Shown piece by piece: positions 11,455 through 21,587 of a DNA stretch of 39,154 nt (its first letter is position 1; every line of letters starts with the position of its first letter). The notes under the pieces were generated by a model. The model was not told where the DNA came from. It made no database searches and worked only from the letters and a program-made list of their open reading frames with translations. The stretch is from Octopus bimaculoides (lineage: Eukaryota), in assembly GCF_001194135.2 (NCBI RefSeq), contig NC_068988.1, forward strand, positions 29,876,904 to 29,916,057, in the 5' to 3' direction. The translations under genes were made by a program, and so were the position numbers.

Positions 11455-11655
11455 AAGCTCTATGCGGTCGTTCACCATGCTAAGAATAACAGCTAAACTT
11501 CTGTCAAATTACACCCTGCCATCTTAGAAAAACACACGTTGGATAATGAGTTCTTTGGTGAACATGTGCCTGCGAAAAAGACATGGTTGTCACGGTTGGA
11601 ATGCGTTTGATCGTAGGTCTGCTCTATCAGGGATGACCTGGAGTTAAACAACAAT
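11455..11655 (+). repeat. Interspersed repeat family D (retroposon 3' tail with AAC end)
   Basis: CGACCTGCTAGAAATA-like and CCATCTTAGAAAAACACACGTTGGATAATG segments recur at ~1600-1660 (+), ~655-712 (-) and ~21205-21290 (+). Confidence 0.6.
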
Positions 11656-11749
11656 CCCAACAATAATAAATAAACAAATATTAGGTGATATAATCGGTGA
11701 TATTTTAAATGATTAAGTAGTTATTTAAATGACTAAATGATAAGGAACG

Positions 11750-12292
11750 AGTTTACTTCACACAGCAGTGTGAAACTCTTTTATTTTCATCGTATACTTT
11801 GAGTGTTTACTAAAGAAAGCACTGGATTCCAAAAAAATCACTTAGGTTTGACTCTCTCACAGCAAAAAAAAAAAAAAAAGGTAATAGATATCCTGTCAAG
11901 AAAATTACAGATGTAGATTATACCAACGATCTGATAATAATCGGTGATCATATGAAAGCTGCCAATGTCCTCCTACATGATATGGAGAAAATGCCAGTGA
12001 AATCGATTATTTATCATTGCTGGTAAAACAGAATATGTTTTACAACCAAGAGGAAACTGAAAGTTTGCACTCTCTGAACGGAGAAGAAATAAAAAATAGA
12101 GAACTACAAGTATCTTAAAAGTCATATCTCCAAATCTAAGAGTGATATAGAAATCAGGTTTAGCAAAGAATGGATGACACTTAATTGGTTAAGATATGTG
12201 AAACCAAGCTTCCACGAAAAATTAAAATAGACTTCTTTAGAGTTACATTTGAATCAATTTGAGCTAATGGTTCAATATGGACATTTACAGAG
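11750..12292 (+). mobile_element. RTE-clade LINE, decayed reverse-transcriptase region
   Basis: Frames give RYPVKKITDVDYTNDLIIIGDHMKAANVLLHDMEK (a decayed YADD box), KTEY, SLNGEEIK and ENYKYLKSHISKSKSDIEIRFSKEWMTLN. These match RTE-type RT domains 5-7 (RYPAxxITDADYADD..KTE..FKYLGSYI..DIxIRxAKAWxALN). Multiple frameshifts. Confidence 0.75.
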
Positions 12293-12385
12293 CCCCCCCC
12301 CCCAAAAAAAAAAATTCTGAATAGCAGGAGTGGCTGTGTGGTAAGTTGCGCCCCCACACGTAACCAATAAGAAGACGAGATCATA

Positions 12386-12610
12386 AAGGACGGCGAACTG
12401 GCAGAATCGTTAGCACGCTGGACGAAATGCTTAGCGCTATTTCGTCTGCCATTACGTTCTGAGTTCAAATTCCGCCGAGGTCGACTTTGCCTTTCATTCT
12501 TTCGGGTCAATTAAATAAGTACCAGTTACATACTGAGGTCGATGTAATCGACTTAATCTCTTTGTTCGTCCCCTCTATGTTTGTCCTCCTGTGGGCAATA
12601 AAGAAATAAA
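12386..12610 (+). mobile_element. SINE family A, full length
   Basis: A-box TGGCAGAATCGTT, B-box GAGTTCAAATTCC, central GGTCGACTTTGCCTTTCATTCTTTCGGGTC, tail GGGCAATAAAGAAATAAA. Confidence 0.9.
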
Positions 12611-12626
12611 TATCTTTAATCATAAG

Positions 12627-13085
12627 TCCCTGGTTACGACGCCGAGTGTTTCAGTTGATCCAATCAACAGAAAAACCTGTTTGTGTAATTAGCGTGCAAG
12701 TGGCTGAGCACTCCACAGACACACGTACTCTTAACGTAGTTCTCAGAGAGATTCAGCATAGCACAGAATGTTACAAGGCTGACCCTTTGTAATTACAGGC
12801 ACATATAATAATGATTGTATTTAGAATACACCACCCAAAATCTAACATAGATTATATTTACGACAAATATAAAATGGGTCGGATTTAATCCTCTGAAGGT
12901 CTAAAGCTACAAACAATTTAGCTTTAAATTCAACTTACAGGTACAACTTATTTTTGCTTGCAGAGTAGACTGAAGCAACGCGAAATAAAGGGCCTTGTTG
13001 AGGGACATAACGTGCCGCCAGGGATTGAACACACGACCTAATGATTTTGAGCCGAACACCTTAACCGCTGAGCCACACGCCTTCA
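12627..13085 (-). mobile_element. tRNA-derived SINE, head H2 plus tail T2, interrupted by a 131-bp insertion
   Basis: Minus-strand head GGCGTGTGGCTCAGCGGTTAAGG..GTTCAATCCCTGG. The tail is homologous to 4255-4445. The insertion at 12804-12934 lies between TTACAGGCACA and TTACAGGTACA. Confidence 0.85.
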
Positions 13086-13354
13086 CCTGATCATAAGTCT
13101 CACTGGATCCTTGGATGGCTTCAGGCTGAACAACAGCAACAATTAGACTTTTAAAATCATTTCTTTTTGTTGTTTGAACAAACTGAACAGCAATGATAGA
13201 AGAAAATAACTTTCTAAATATATTTATTGCGCAACAGCGGAAACGGTCTGATACAAAGCGCCATCTGCTGCACTCCTATCAATAGAACTAGCGTGAGGGT
13301 GTGTCTGCTTATGAATATATGCAGCAATGTGTATGTGTCTGTGTNNNNNNNNNN

Positions 13355-13397
<43 letters not shown>

Positions 13398-14199
13398 ATA
13401 TCGTAGGTGCGTGTTTGTTCATGTGAGTTCGTATATCCATGTGCACCAACGTATCACAACGCATCAGTGAAAATATGGGTTGTGTGTGTGTATGTGTACA
13501 TGTGTATGTATGTATGTATGTATTATGCATGTATATATGTACACACACAACCATACACACATTATATACACATACATATACTCACAGATATAGTCGCATA
13601 TATGTCTGTATATATATATATNNNNNNNNNNNNNNNNNNNNNNNNNNNNNNNNNNNNNNNNNNNNNNNNNNNNNNNNNNNNNNNNNNNNNNNNNNNNNTA
13701 TACATACATATATTTATTCATGTGTGTGTGCGTATGTATGTATACATACACACACATATATATATATACACACACACACGCGCGCACATAGACACCTCAG
13801 TAACATTCACCACTCATTCTTTCTCTTTTTCTCTCTTTCTCTCTTTCTCTCACACACACACCCATATATACACAACCACACTCCCATAAAATCAGCCTTG
13901 TACTTATACAAATATTTTCAGAGACAGTTGAATAATAAATTAATCTCATGTTATCGCTAACTTTACCTGTTCATTGCTGTTGCTCAGCGGTGAGAATGTA
14001 GGCGATAACAAGAATAATCAAAAGAATTCTTTCTATTATCGGCACAAGGTCAGCAATTTTAAAGCCATGTACCTTAATTAATCCAAAAAAAGAATGGAAT
14101 TATGAAAACTGATAATCGTAACTTCATTAGAAGACTTTCTGTTTCTCCATTCTTTTTCTAATAGCTTCAACCAACATGTTAATCCAGACCAAACGCTAC

Positions 14200-14773
14200 T
14201 GAAAGAAATTAAAAGTACCTTTTGTATACAAATGTTCTATGCTGTAGATAAGAACTAACTAGAAACTCTGCTGCAGACAATGTATGGATTTATTCGAGCA
14301 ACTGAGATTTGAAGCGGAAAAATGCTCAAGGTAACCGTGAAAAAAGAAGGGAAATTAATTCAGCACACAAATATTGTGCTACATAAGCAAAGAGATAGAA
14401 GAGAATTAGACCAAGCACAGACCAAAAGATACTTGGAATCAAAGAATCAGACACTGTATAATATACACAAGTGAAAGAAAAATGTTTAGAAGGAACATTG
14501 ATACATTAGATTAATATTTAAAACAAAGCTGTATTCTACAAATAAGAAACGGGTGTTAATACATTAGCTGTCCCAGTAATAAGTTATAGTCATGATATTC
14601 TTAAGTTGATGCTAAACAAACTAAGAAGACCAAGATGTAAAACAAAATAATGATTGCGATTAGAATACACCACCCAAAATCTAATATAGATTATATTTAC
14701 GATAAATATAAGGTGGCTCGGACTTTATCCGCCGAAGGTCTAAAGCGACAAATAATTTAGCATTAAATTCAAC
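14200..14773 (+). mobile_element. R4/Dong-type non-LTR retrotransposon, decayed RT/thumb region
   Basis: Frameshifted peptides: FYAVDKN*LETLLQT, RFEAEKC/KVTVKK, RYL(G)/KESDTV*YTQVKEK, NTLAVPVISYS and IHHPKSNIDYIY. These correspond to the R4/Dong-family motifs YKYLGI.E....H..MKEK, AINTxAxPVxxYS and HHPKxDxDRLY..GGRGL. Confidence 0.7.
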
Positions 14774-14924
14774 GATTATTCAAATGCTTTTTAGTACAGA
14801 TTTAAGAAACTTTTACAAGAAAATAATTGACAGTGACTTCGATGTTTCGGATTTCTCACCTTTTTCAAAGTCTTACAAAGGCAAGTAAGTGGAAATTTTA
14901 CCTTTTAAAAAGTTTTATGTGTCC

Positions 14925-15088
14925 GCAAGGCGTGCCTGTGTGGTAAGAAGTTTGCTTCCCAACCACATGGTTCCAGGTTCAATCCTACTACGTGGCACCT
15001 TGGGTAAGTGTCTTCTGCTATAGCCTCGAGTCGATTAAAGCCTTGCGAGCAGATTTGGGTGGCGGAAACTGAAAGTAGCCTGTTGTAT
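14925..15088 (+). mobile_element. SINE family B (CORE-like), near full length
   Basis: GCGTGCCTGTGTGGTAAGAAGTTTGCTTCCCAACCACATGGTTCCAGGTTCAATCC..GGCACCTTGGGTAAGTGTCTTCTGCTATAGCCTCG..GGAAACTGAAAG. The ACCTTGGGCAAGT core resembles CORE-SINEs. Confidence 0.85.
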
Positions 15089-15587
15089 ATATTATGTATG
15101 TCCTTGATCTTCAGACAGAAGATAAATTGTTTTACTTCAAATTTATATAAATTTTACTGATATTTGATAAGATGAGATACATCAAAACCGGTAATATTTC
15201 CTTTATATAATCTTGAAATCATCTTTATTAAATTCCCTCTTAAATTGGAATGTCTTAGACTTATTTCTGTGCTATTTCTACATATATACATACTATACAT
15301 ATGTACATTATTATTAATTTAATGTATTCGTTTCCTATAAATTTTTATAGCATGCTGACTACTTGATAAAAATCCTTAATGTGATTTTTATCCTTATATT
15401 CTTTTNNNNNNNNNNNNNNNNNNNNNNNNNNNNNNNNNNNNNNNNNNNNNNNNNNNNNNNNNNNNNNNNNNNNNNNNNNNNNNNNNNNNNNNNNNNNNNN
15501 NNNNNNNNNNNNNNNNNNNNNNNNNNNNNNNNNNNNNNNNNNNNNNNNNNNNNNNNNNNNNNNNNNNNNNNNNNNNNNNNNNNNNNN

Positions 15588-15621
<34 letters not shown>

Positions 15622-15911
15622 GTGCATGTATAAATGCATATGTGTGTGTGCCTTGCGTGTACATGTGTTTGTGTGTACTACAATGTTGTGTAAGATGTGC
15701 GGTAGCTGTGAAATTGTTTACTGTTGGTGTTGGGTCCGCGGTCTTGTTACAATAAACGTGATTATGTCACATAATCTTAGCGGGAACACATGGTATCTGG
15801 TTCTGAATATTAATGAGGTCGTCATCGTCCAGCTGCTTGGCTAATTAACAGTCAAGTAATAGATTTACTTCTCATCTGGTGAAGGGAAAAACACATCAAA
15901 GACAGTTGCCC

Positions 15912-15984
15912 TGTTTGTCTGTTTATCGTATTTGTTTGTCTGTTTATCGTATTTGTTTGTCTGTTTATCGTATTTGTTCGTCTG
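15912..15984 (+). repeat. 21-bp minisatellite, 3 perfect copies plus a partial
   Basis: TGTTTGTCTGTTTATCGTATT at 15912, 15933 and 15954, then TGTTCGTCTG. Confidence 0.95.
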
Positions 15985-16160
15985 AGCGTCTGTCGTCTGC
16001 TTATATGTTTCGATTCTTTGGTCTTTTCTCGTTGTCACTTCACTCGTTGTCTATCGCTTGTTCATCATATTTTCATTGTATTCAAATCTACTAACACATC
16101 AGCTCACACTTGTACATCGTTGTGCTTAAACATGTTTGTCTTGTTAGCATGTATGTATGT

Positions 16161-16280
16161 TTCGGGGTCGATTAAATAAGTACCAGTTACGCACAGGGTT
16201 CGATATAATCGACTTAATCCCTTTGTCTGTCCTTGTTTGTCCCCTCTATGTTTAGCCCCCTGTGGGCAATAAAGAAATAT
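16161..16280 (+). mobile_element. SINE family A, 5'-truncated
   Basis: TTCGGGGTCGATTAAATAAGTACCAG..GGGCAATAAAGAAATA. Confidence 0.85.
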
Positions 16281-16290
16281 ATATATGTAT

Positions 16291-16425
16291 ATACGACGGG
16301 CTTATTTCAGTTTCCGTCTACCAAATCCAAGCAGAGGACACTTGCCGAAGATGCCACGTAGTGGAACTGAACTTCGAATCATGTGACTGAGAAGCAAACC
16401 TCTTACTTCACAGTCACACTCGCAC
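16291..16425 (-). mobile_element. SINE family B with internal deletion
   Basis: ATACGACGGGCTTATTTCAGTTTCCGTCTACCAAATCC..GACACTTGCCGAAGATGCCACGTAGTGGAACTGAAC. Confidence 0.8.
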
Positions 16426-17036
16426 TTATTATTTATTTATTTATTTATTTATTTATTCTGAAAGAAAAGAAATCTATGCCATTTTTAACCATTCAATACC
16501 ATGCTTATGTCGGGCAATGTAAATGCATGGAATGTGGCAGGAGGACAGCATTTCCTTTCGTTTCAGCCGTCACAGTTCGGTGATGTTACTTATAACGTCC
16601 ATAACACGCTTCATGTCAAATTTCACTCTCATGTACTTTAGCGTACCCTCTAGTTCTTAAAACATTTTTTTCCCTATTACCGTTTATGATCATTATTCAA
16701 CATAACATGAAATAAGGCAAACAAAACGCATGGCAAGATATCGACCAGAATATTTTCGATCTGTAGTAAACTACTTTGTTTAAAGCTTTCGTTTACTCGA
16801 TCTTTTCGATCTATATTCAAAGTAGGCCAAACGGAAAGTGGGCAATATTTTCCATTGTGTCTATCAACTTAACGTTTTATGCTATGTAACAACCATATGT
16901 AAGATATTTAATGTTGAGAACTTTCGTCGATACAATTTACACCTCCGAAAACGTAAAATTTCATTAAAAAACATGAATTATTAAGATTATTATGAAAAAC
17001 AAAGTCGGGATGTGTGAACACCAAAGTGTGATTACA

Positions 17037-17081
17037 TTATCATTATCATCATAATCGTCGTCGTTGTCATCGTCGTTGTTG

Positions 17082-17152
<71 letters not shown>
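17037..17152. repeat. (CAT/CGT/GTT) grading into a long (ATT)n microsatellite
   Basis: Directly visible. Confidence 0.95.
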
Positions 17153-17154
<2 letters not shown>

Positions 17155-17165
17155 GACAGCGATTT

Positions 17166-17385
17166 AAGGCAGCGAAACTGACAGAATCGTTGGCACACCA
17201 AGCAAAGTGCTTTGCGGCATTTCGTCTGTCTTTGCGCCCTGAGTTCAAATTCTGGCGAGGTCGACTCTGCCTTTCGTCCTTTCGGAGTCGATGAAATAAG
17301 TACCAGTTGAGTATTGGGGTTGATGTCATCGGTTAGTGCCCTGCTCCGAAATTTCAGGCCTTGTACCAAAACAAGAAAGGATTCT
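17166..17385 (+). mobile_element. SINE family A, alternative tail variant
   Basis: Same head and centre as 12386-12610 but the tail is CCGAAATTTCAGGCCTTGTACCAAAACAAGAAAGGATT, like the reverse complement of 38779-38830. Confidence 0.85.
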
Positions 17386-17386
17386 T

Positions 17387-17403
17387 GTTATTATTATTAT
17401 TAC

Positions 17404-17458
<55 letters not shown>

Positions 17459-17990
17459 GAGTGAAAGAGCAGTGCATGCCATCCAAGTGACACTGGGGTA
17501 AAATATACGAAGCCCATTATACCCATCATGACTACCTGTCTGATAAGGGTACACCAGGCACATGCACCACAACCATATGTGCGCGACATGGTGATCTCAT
17601 ATAAAGATAAACAGCACATGACCTCACAGGTGAGGCCCTGTTAGAATTTTCTTCAGGTCAAGTAGCCCATTCCGCTCTAAAGGTCCTTGAATACGGGTTG
17701 TTTAAGGGTGTTGAATGAAACATCCATGTTTCCGCAGGTAAATTAACCAAACCCCAAAGAATTCCTCTCAACACATGGCTATGATGCTTCCCCACTACTT
17801 CTGCTCGTGATCAGAGATGCACATATTTTTAGCCACCAAGGGACATACTCAACTGGTTATGGTCAAACAACTGACAAGCAAATATGTGGTACTAAGCAGA
17901 ATATTTTCTGTAGCCCATCTTTTATACCAAGACCAAACAAGGTACAACTAAGATCAGAAGCTATGAGAGCCACTGCCTGACACTGCATCA
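17387..17990 (-). mobile_element. Retroposon 3' fragment (~530 bp) ending in an (AAT)n tail
   Basis: The minus strand ends GCATGCACTGCTCTTTCACTC-(AAT)n. There is no coding signal and only one copy in the window. The call rests on the tail structure and my recollection of an abundant octopus repeat. Confidence 0.45.
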
Positions 17991-18104
17991 GAGCAAGCCA
18001 CTAAACAGGTGAGATACCAAGCAACTGAAAAAAATTTGCTTACGTACTATAAGAAAAAAAAAATCTTTTTATAAAATTTATAATAAAACGAATGAATAAG
18101 ATTG

Positions 18105-18700
18105 TATTTACATGGAGAGGAATTTACGTAAAATATGTGAGGTACCCATGAGTATATTTTCCATTTCACCTTATTTTGGAGCCGCCAGGAATTTGCTCTA
18201 CATATTTGTTCCAAAGCAATGGGTAATTGTTGCTGCTTTGAGATACCACATTGCTCTAATTTTTATCTCCAAACTCCACATTTTTATCATTGTGTTCGCG
18301 AGTGTTTTGCTGTCGTGTACTGTCTTCTTCCATATTGTTTGTACGTGGGTCACATATTGGCAATAAGAAAGGCAGACGATACTCCTTAACTAAAATGAAC
18401 AATCAGATCGTCGTGGTAGGTAGAGATCGCTTATTTAGCTTCATAATCAATGTTTTGTAGAGAAGGCTTAACTGAAACCCCAAAGTCGCTGTTCAACATG
18501 TGACATATGTTCTCAGTGAACATATGTCACCTTCAGTATTTTGGATAACTATAAAATGCATTGATGATCAATGTATATTTGAAATGACATATCCTGGATG
18601 AGGCAACATTTAATATTGCGTTCAGCCAATGCTTTGTAAATAGACGAACACCCCGAAGTATAACGGAATATTTTGCCATTCTTCTCTTTAGCTTTGGAAA
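18105..18700 (-). mobile_element. R4/Dong-type retrotransposon, decayed C-terminal (CCHC/RLE) region
   Basis: Minus-strand frames give DLIVH....AFLI (decayed PD..D motif), MWYLKAATI, VEQIPGGSKI and ILMGTSHILRKFLSM*. The last matches the R4/Dong C-terminus IQKxALxGTAxILRKxL. Support is strong for 18105-18400 and weak upstream of that. Confidence 0.65.
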
Positions 18701-18806
18701 GACAAACACGAATTTGCATCTATGTTCTTCTTTCGTCGTCTTGGTGTTGAATAAGATTTAAGTCTAAAACCATTTTAATTTTATGGAAGAGGACGATTGA
18801 TCAATC

Positions 18807-18960
18807 CAGTAGCGTAGCTAGAGGCGGGGCGGTCTACCAGGGTGATACTTTCATGGGAACGGCACATTTGGGTTGCTTCATAAGCTTATATAAGTTTGGG
18901 GCCCTGAGGTGGGGCGTTAATTGGTTGTAGGTTCAAGGTCAGGAATTATAAGGGACGGGG
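18807..18960 (+). mobile_element. hAT-like MITE, left end
   Basis: Starts CAGTAGCGTAGCTAGAGG, identical to the reverse complement of the right end at 22565-22579. Confidence 0.55.
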
Positions 18961-18993
18961 ACAAGGTGAGTGATTTTAAGGGATGGGGGTGAA

Positions 18994-19146
18994 CCCAGTA
19001 CTTAACTGGTACTTTATTTTATCGACCCCGAAAGGATAAAAGGCAAAGTTGACCTCAGCGGGATTTGAAATCGGAATGTAAAGAGCCGAAAGAAAATTCG
19101 CTAAGCATTTTATCCGCTGTGCTAACAACTCTGCCAGTTCGTCGCC
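18994..19146 (-). mobile_element. SINE family A
   Basis: ACTGGTACTTTATTTTATCGACCCCGAAAGGATAAAAGGCAAAGTTGACC..CTGCCAGTTCGTCGCC. Confidence 0.85.
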
Positions 19147-19184
19147 ATTTATATGTGCGTATGTATGTATGCATGTACGTATGT

Positions 19185-19220
<36 letters not shown>

Positions 19221-19791
19221 CCAGGATAACTAAGCACTAAAGTCCGTTAAGGCTGATTCTCTTTGGTCGCACATCTCAGTGAATTCCCAACTAACAAGTG
19301 GCAACAGTTTTTAACTTGGCTGAACGAAACCTTTTAGCGCGTGTTATTACATGTGAATAAATAATGCAGACATTAAATAATTTCACTACAAGGCTGTCCC
19401 GAGTGAATTTATGCTCANNNNNNNNNNNNNNNNNNNNNNNNNNNNNNNNNNNNNNNNNNNNNNNNNNNNNNNNNNNNNNNNNNNNNNNNNNNNNNNNNNN
19501 NNNNNNNNNNNNNNNNNNNNNNNNNNNNNNNNNNNNNNNNNNNNNNNNNNNNNNNNNNNNNNNNNNNNNNNNNNNNNNNNNNNNNNNNNNNNNNNNNNNN
19601 NNNNNNNNNNNNNNNNNNNNNNNNNNNNNNNNNNNNNNNNNNNNNNNNNNNNNNNNNNNNNNNNNNNNNNNNNNNNNNNNNNNNNNNNNNNNNNNNNNNN
19701 NNNNNNNNNNNNNNNNNNNNNNNNNNNNNNNNNNNNNNNNNNNNNNNNNNNNNNNNNNNNNNNNNNATATATACATAGACATATATACATA

Positions 19792-19834
<43 letters not shown>

Positions 19835-20055
19835 GTATTCTCACACACATCAATATCTTCAAAAATGTCAACATATATTTTTATATATTTATCTTTATAT
19901 AATTTTGTCTCTGTTTGGGAGTGTCTTTTCGTTTTATCATTTCTCTGGATAATATCATTTTAATGGTTTGCATAAAGAAATACTCTCGCAAATATATCTG
20001 CGAAATATTTCTAATATGCATATGTGCGTAAAATGTATGTATGTATTTATGTATG

Positions 20056-20158
20056 TCATTATTCAGTTTATTTCGAGATTTCTTACCAATAGAGAAAGAA
20101 CCAGTTTCTAACCTCGATCCAAGACTCCTTCATTGGAATTTCAACATCAACAGCAGGG
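20056..20158 (-). mobile_element. Short retroposon 3' end embedded in (TACA)n
   Basis: A ~100-bp unique segment with (TATG)n on both sides. The minus strand ends GAAATAAACTGAATAATGA-CATACATA. Confidence 0.5.
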
Positions 20159-20234
20159 TATGTTTGTTTGTATGTGTGTATGTATGTATGTATGTATGTA
20201 TGTATGCGTATAGGTTTGCTTGTATGTATGTATG

Positions 20235-20460
20235 TTTTATTTAAGTTTTTAAGAGAGTTCAAGCTTGTCGCTAAAAAAGTGACAAGACTTTCTGAGTCAA
20301 GAGAGTCCCCGGTGTTTGTAAATATGTTGTTGAGTCGGTGTAGTGTTTGAACTGTCGATGCAGACACCCAAGTGTGCATCCATTCACCTAAAGAATTTCA
20401 GATGGAGAATCTTCGGAATGTCCTACAAATTTTCATTGTGCCACTAATAAATTGAATTTG
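20235..20460 (-). mobile_element. R4-like retrotransposon C-terminus plus 3' UTR ending at (TACA)n
   Basis: Minus strand IQFISGTMKICRTFRRFSI* (stop at 20398-20400), resembling the Q..ISGTxKICKTF C-terminus of RLE elements. A ~160-nt UTR follows, ending AAATAAAA-(CATA)n. Confidence 0.55.
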
Positions 20461-20569
20461 GAGAATCCACGCCAGTTTCTTTTGCTCTTTTTAGGGTTTT
20501 CTTACCACGCCAGACAAAATTCCAAGCAGCATTCGTTCAAATATCGCCGAAATCATCTTTGCAATATAA

Positions 20570-20665
20570 TCGAGGTCGATAAAATAAGTATCAATTGAGT
20601 ACTCGGTTTGATGAAATCGATATATACCTCCTCTCAAAACTGCAGGCCTTGAACCGAAAATCAGC
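20570..20665 (+). mobile_element. SINE family A, 3' fragment
   Basis: GAGGTCGATAAAATAAGTATCAATTGAGTACTCGG..GCAGGCCTTG. Confidence 0.6.
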
Positions 20666-21301
20666 ATGAACTATTATTAGATCTATCATAGTAACTACAT
20701 CGACCAGTCATTGTTGGCACAAAATGTGTTGACTAAGGTAAATTTGAAAGAGCGCCGTATGTTTCAAGGACGGCTTTTTTGATTCCCATTTAGTCTTGTT
20801 TCACGAGTCCCCTGTCAAATAAAAGATTGGTTTTCACAAATATGTTTATTGTTTATAAATAATATAAAAACATATTGGAGAATTATTAACATATGAAGAA
20901 ACGGAAGCCTATACTGTTTATGGTTAATTCCTTCCAGACTAAGGCATACCATGCATAGTACACGAACACACACACACACACACATACACACACATATCTA
21001 TATATGAATATATAGATATATATACATATGTATATATGTATGTGCATGTTTATATATATANNNNNNNNNNNNNNNNNNNNNNNNNNNNNNNNNNNNNNNN
21101 NNNNNNNNNNNNNNNNNNNNNNNNNNNNNNNNNNNNNNNNNNNNNNNNNNNNNNNNNNNNNNNNNNNNNNAGATTACGTAAGTTAAACGAGAAAGCTTTT
21201 AAGTAGTCGCTCGACCTGGGAGAAATAAAAGGCTAAAAGTCCCTCACAGCGCACTTTCTGAGATAAGAATACCTTCTCAGAAAGAAAATGAATAGTTAGC
21301 T

Positions 21302-21357
<56 letters not shown>

Positions 21358-21587
21358 TGTTAACATCTGCTGGGCAGCTAATTTCCACAACTATGCACAG
21401 TTTCTCTTCTCTATCCCAAATCATTATATCGGGTCCGTTGTGCTTACATTTTACTGAGGTCTTCACTGGGACATTCCACCAGTATTCCTTTTCATTATGA
21501 GTGGCTATGGCTTCTACCATATTGTGGGTTCTTATTTCTTTGTCCTCGGGATTATCCTTCTGGCAGATTTCATTATAGAGTGTTTTA
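21358..21587 (-). mobile_element. Restriction-like endonuclease (RLE) domain fragment of an R4/NeSL-type non-LTR retrotransposon
   Basis: ORF 21296..21520 reads EYWWNVPVKTSVKCKHNGPDIMIWDREEKLCIVVEISCPADVN, the canonical W(D/N)xxxxT....HNxPDI..WD......+E+xxPxD signature. It is cut off by (TAG)n at 21303-21353. Confidence 0.85.
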
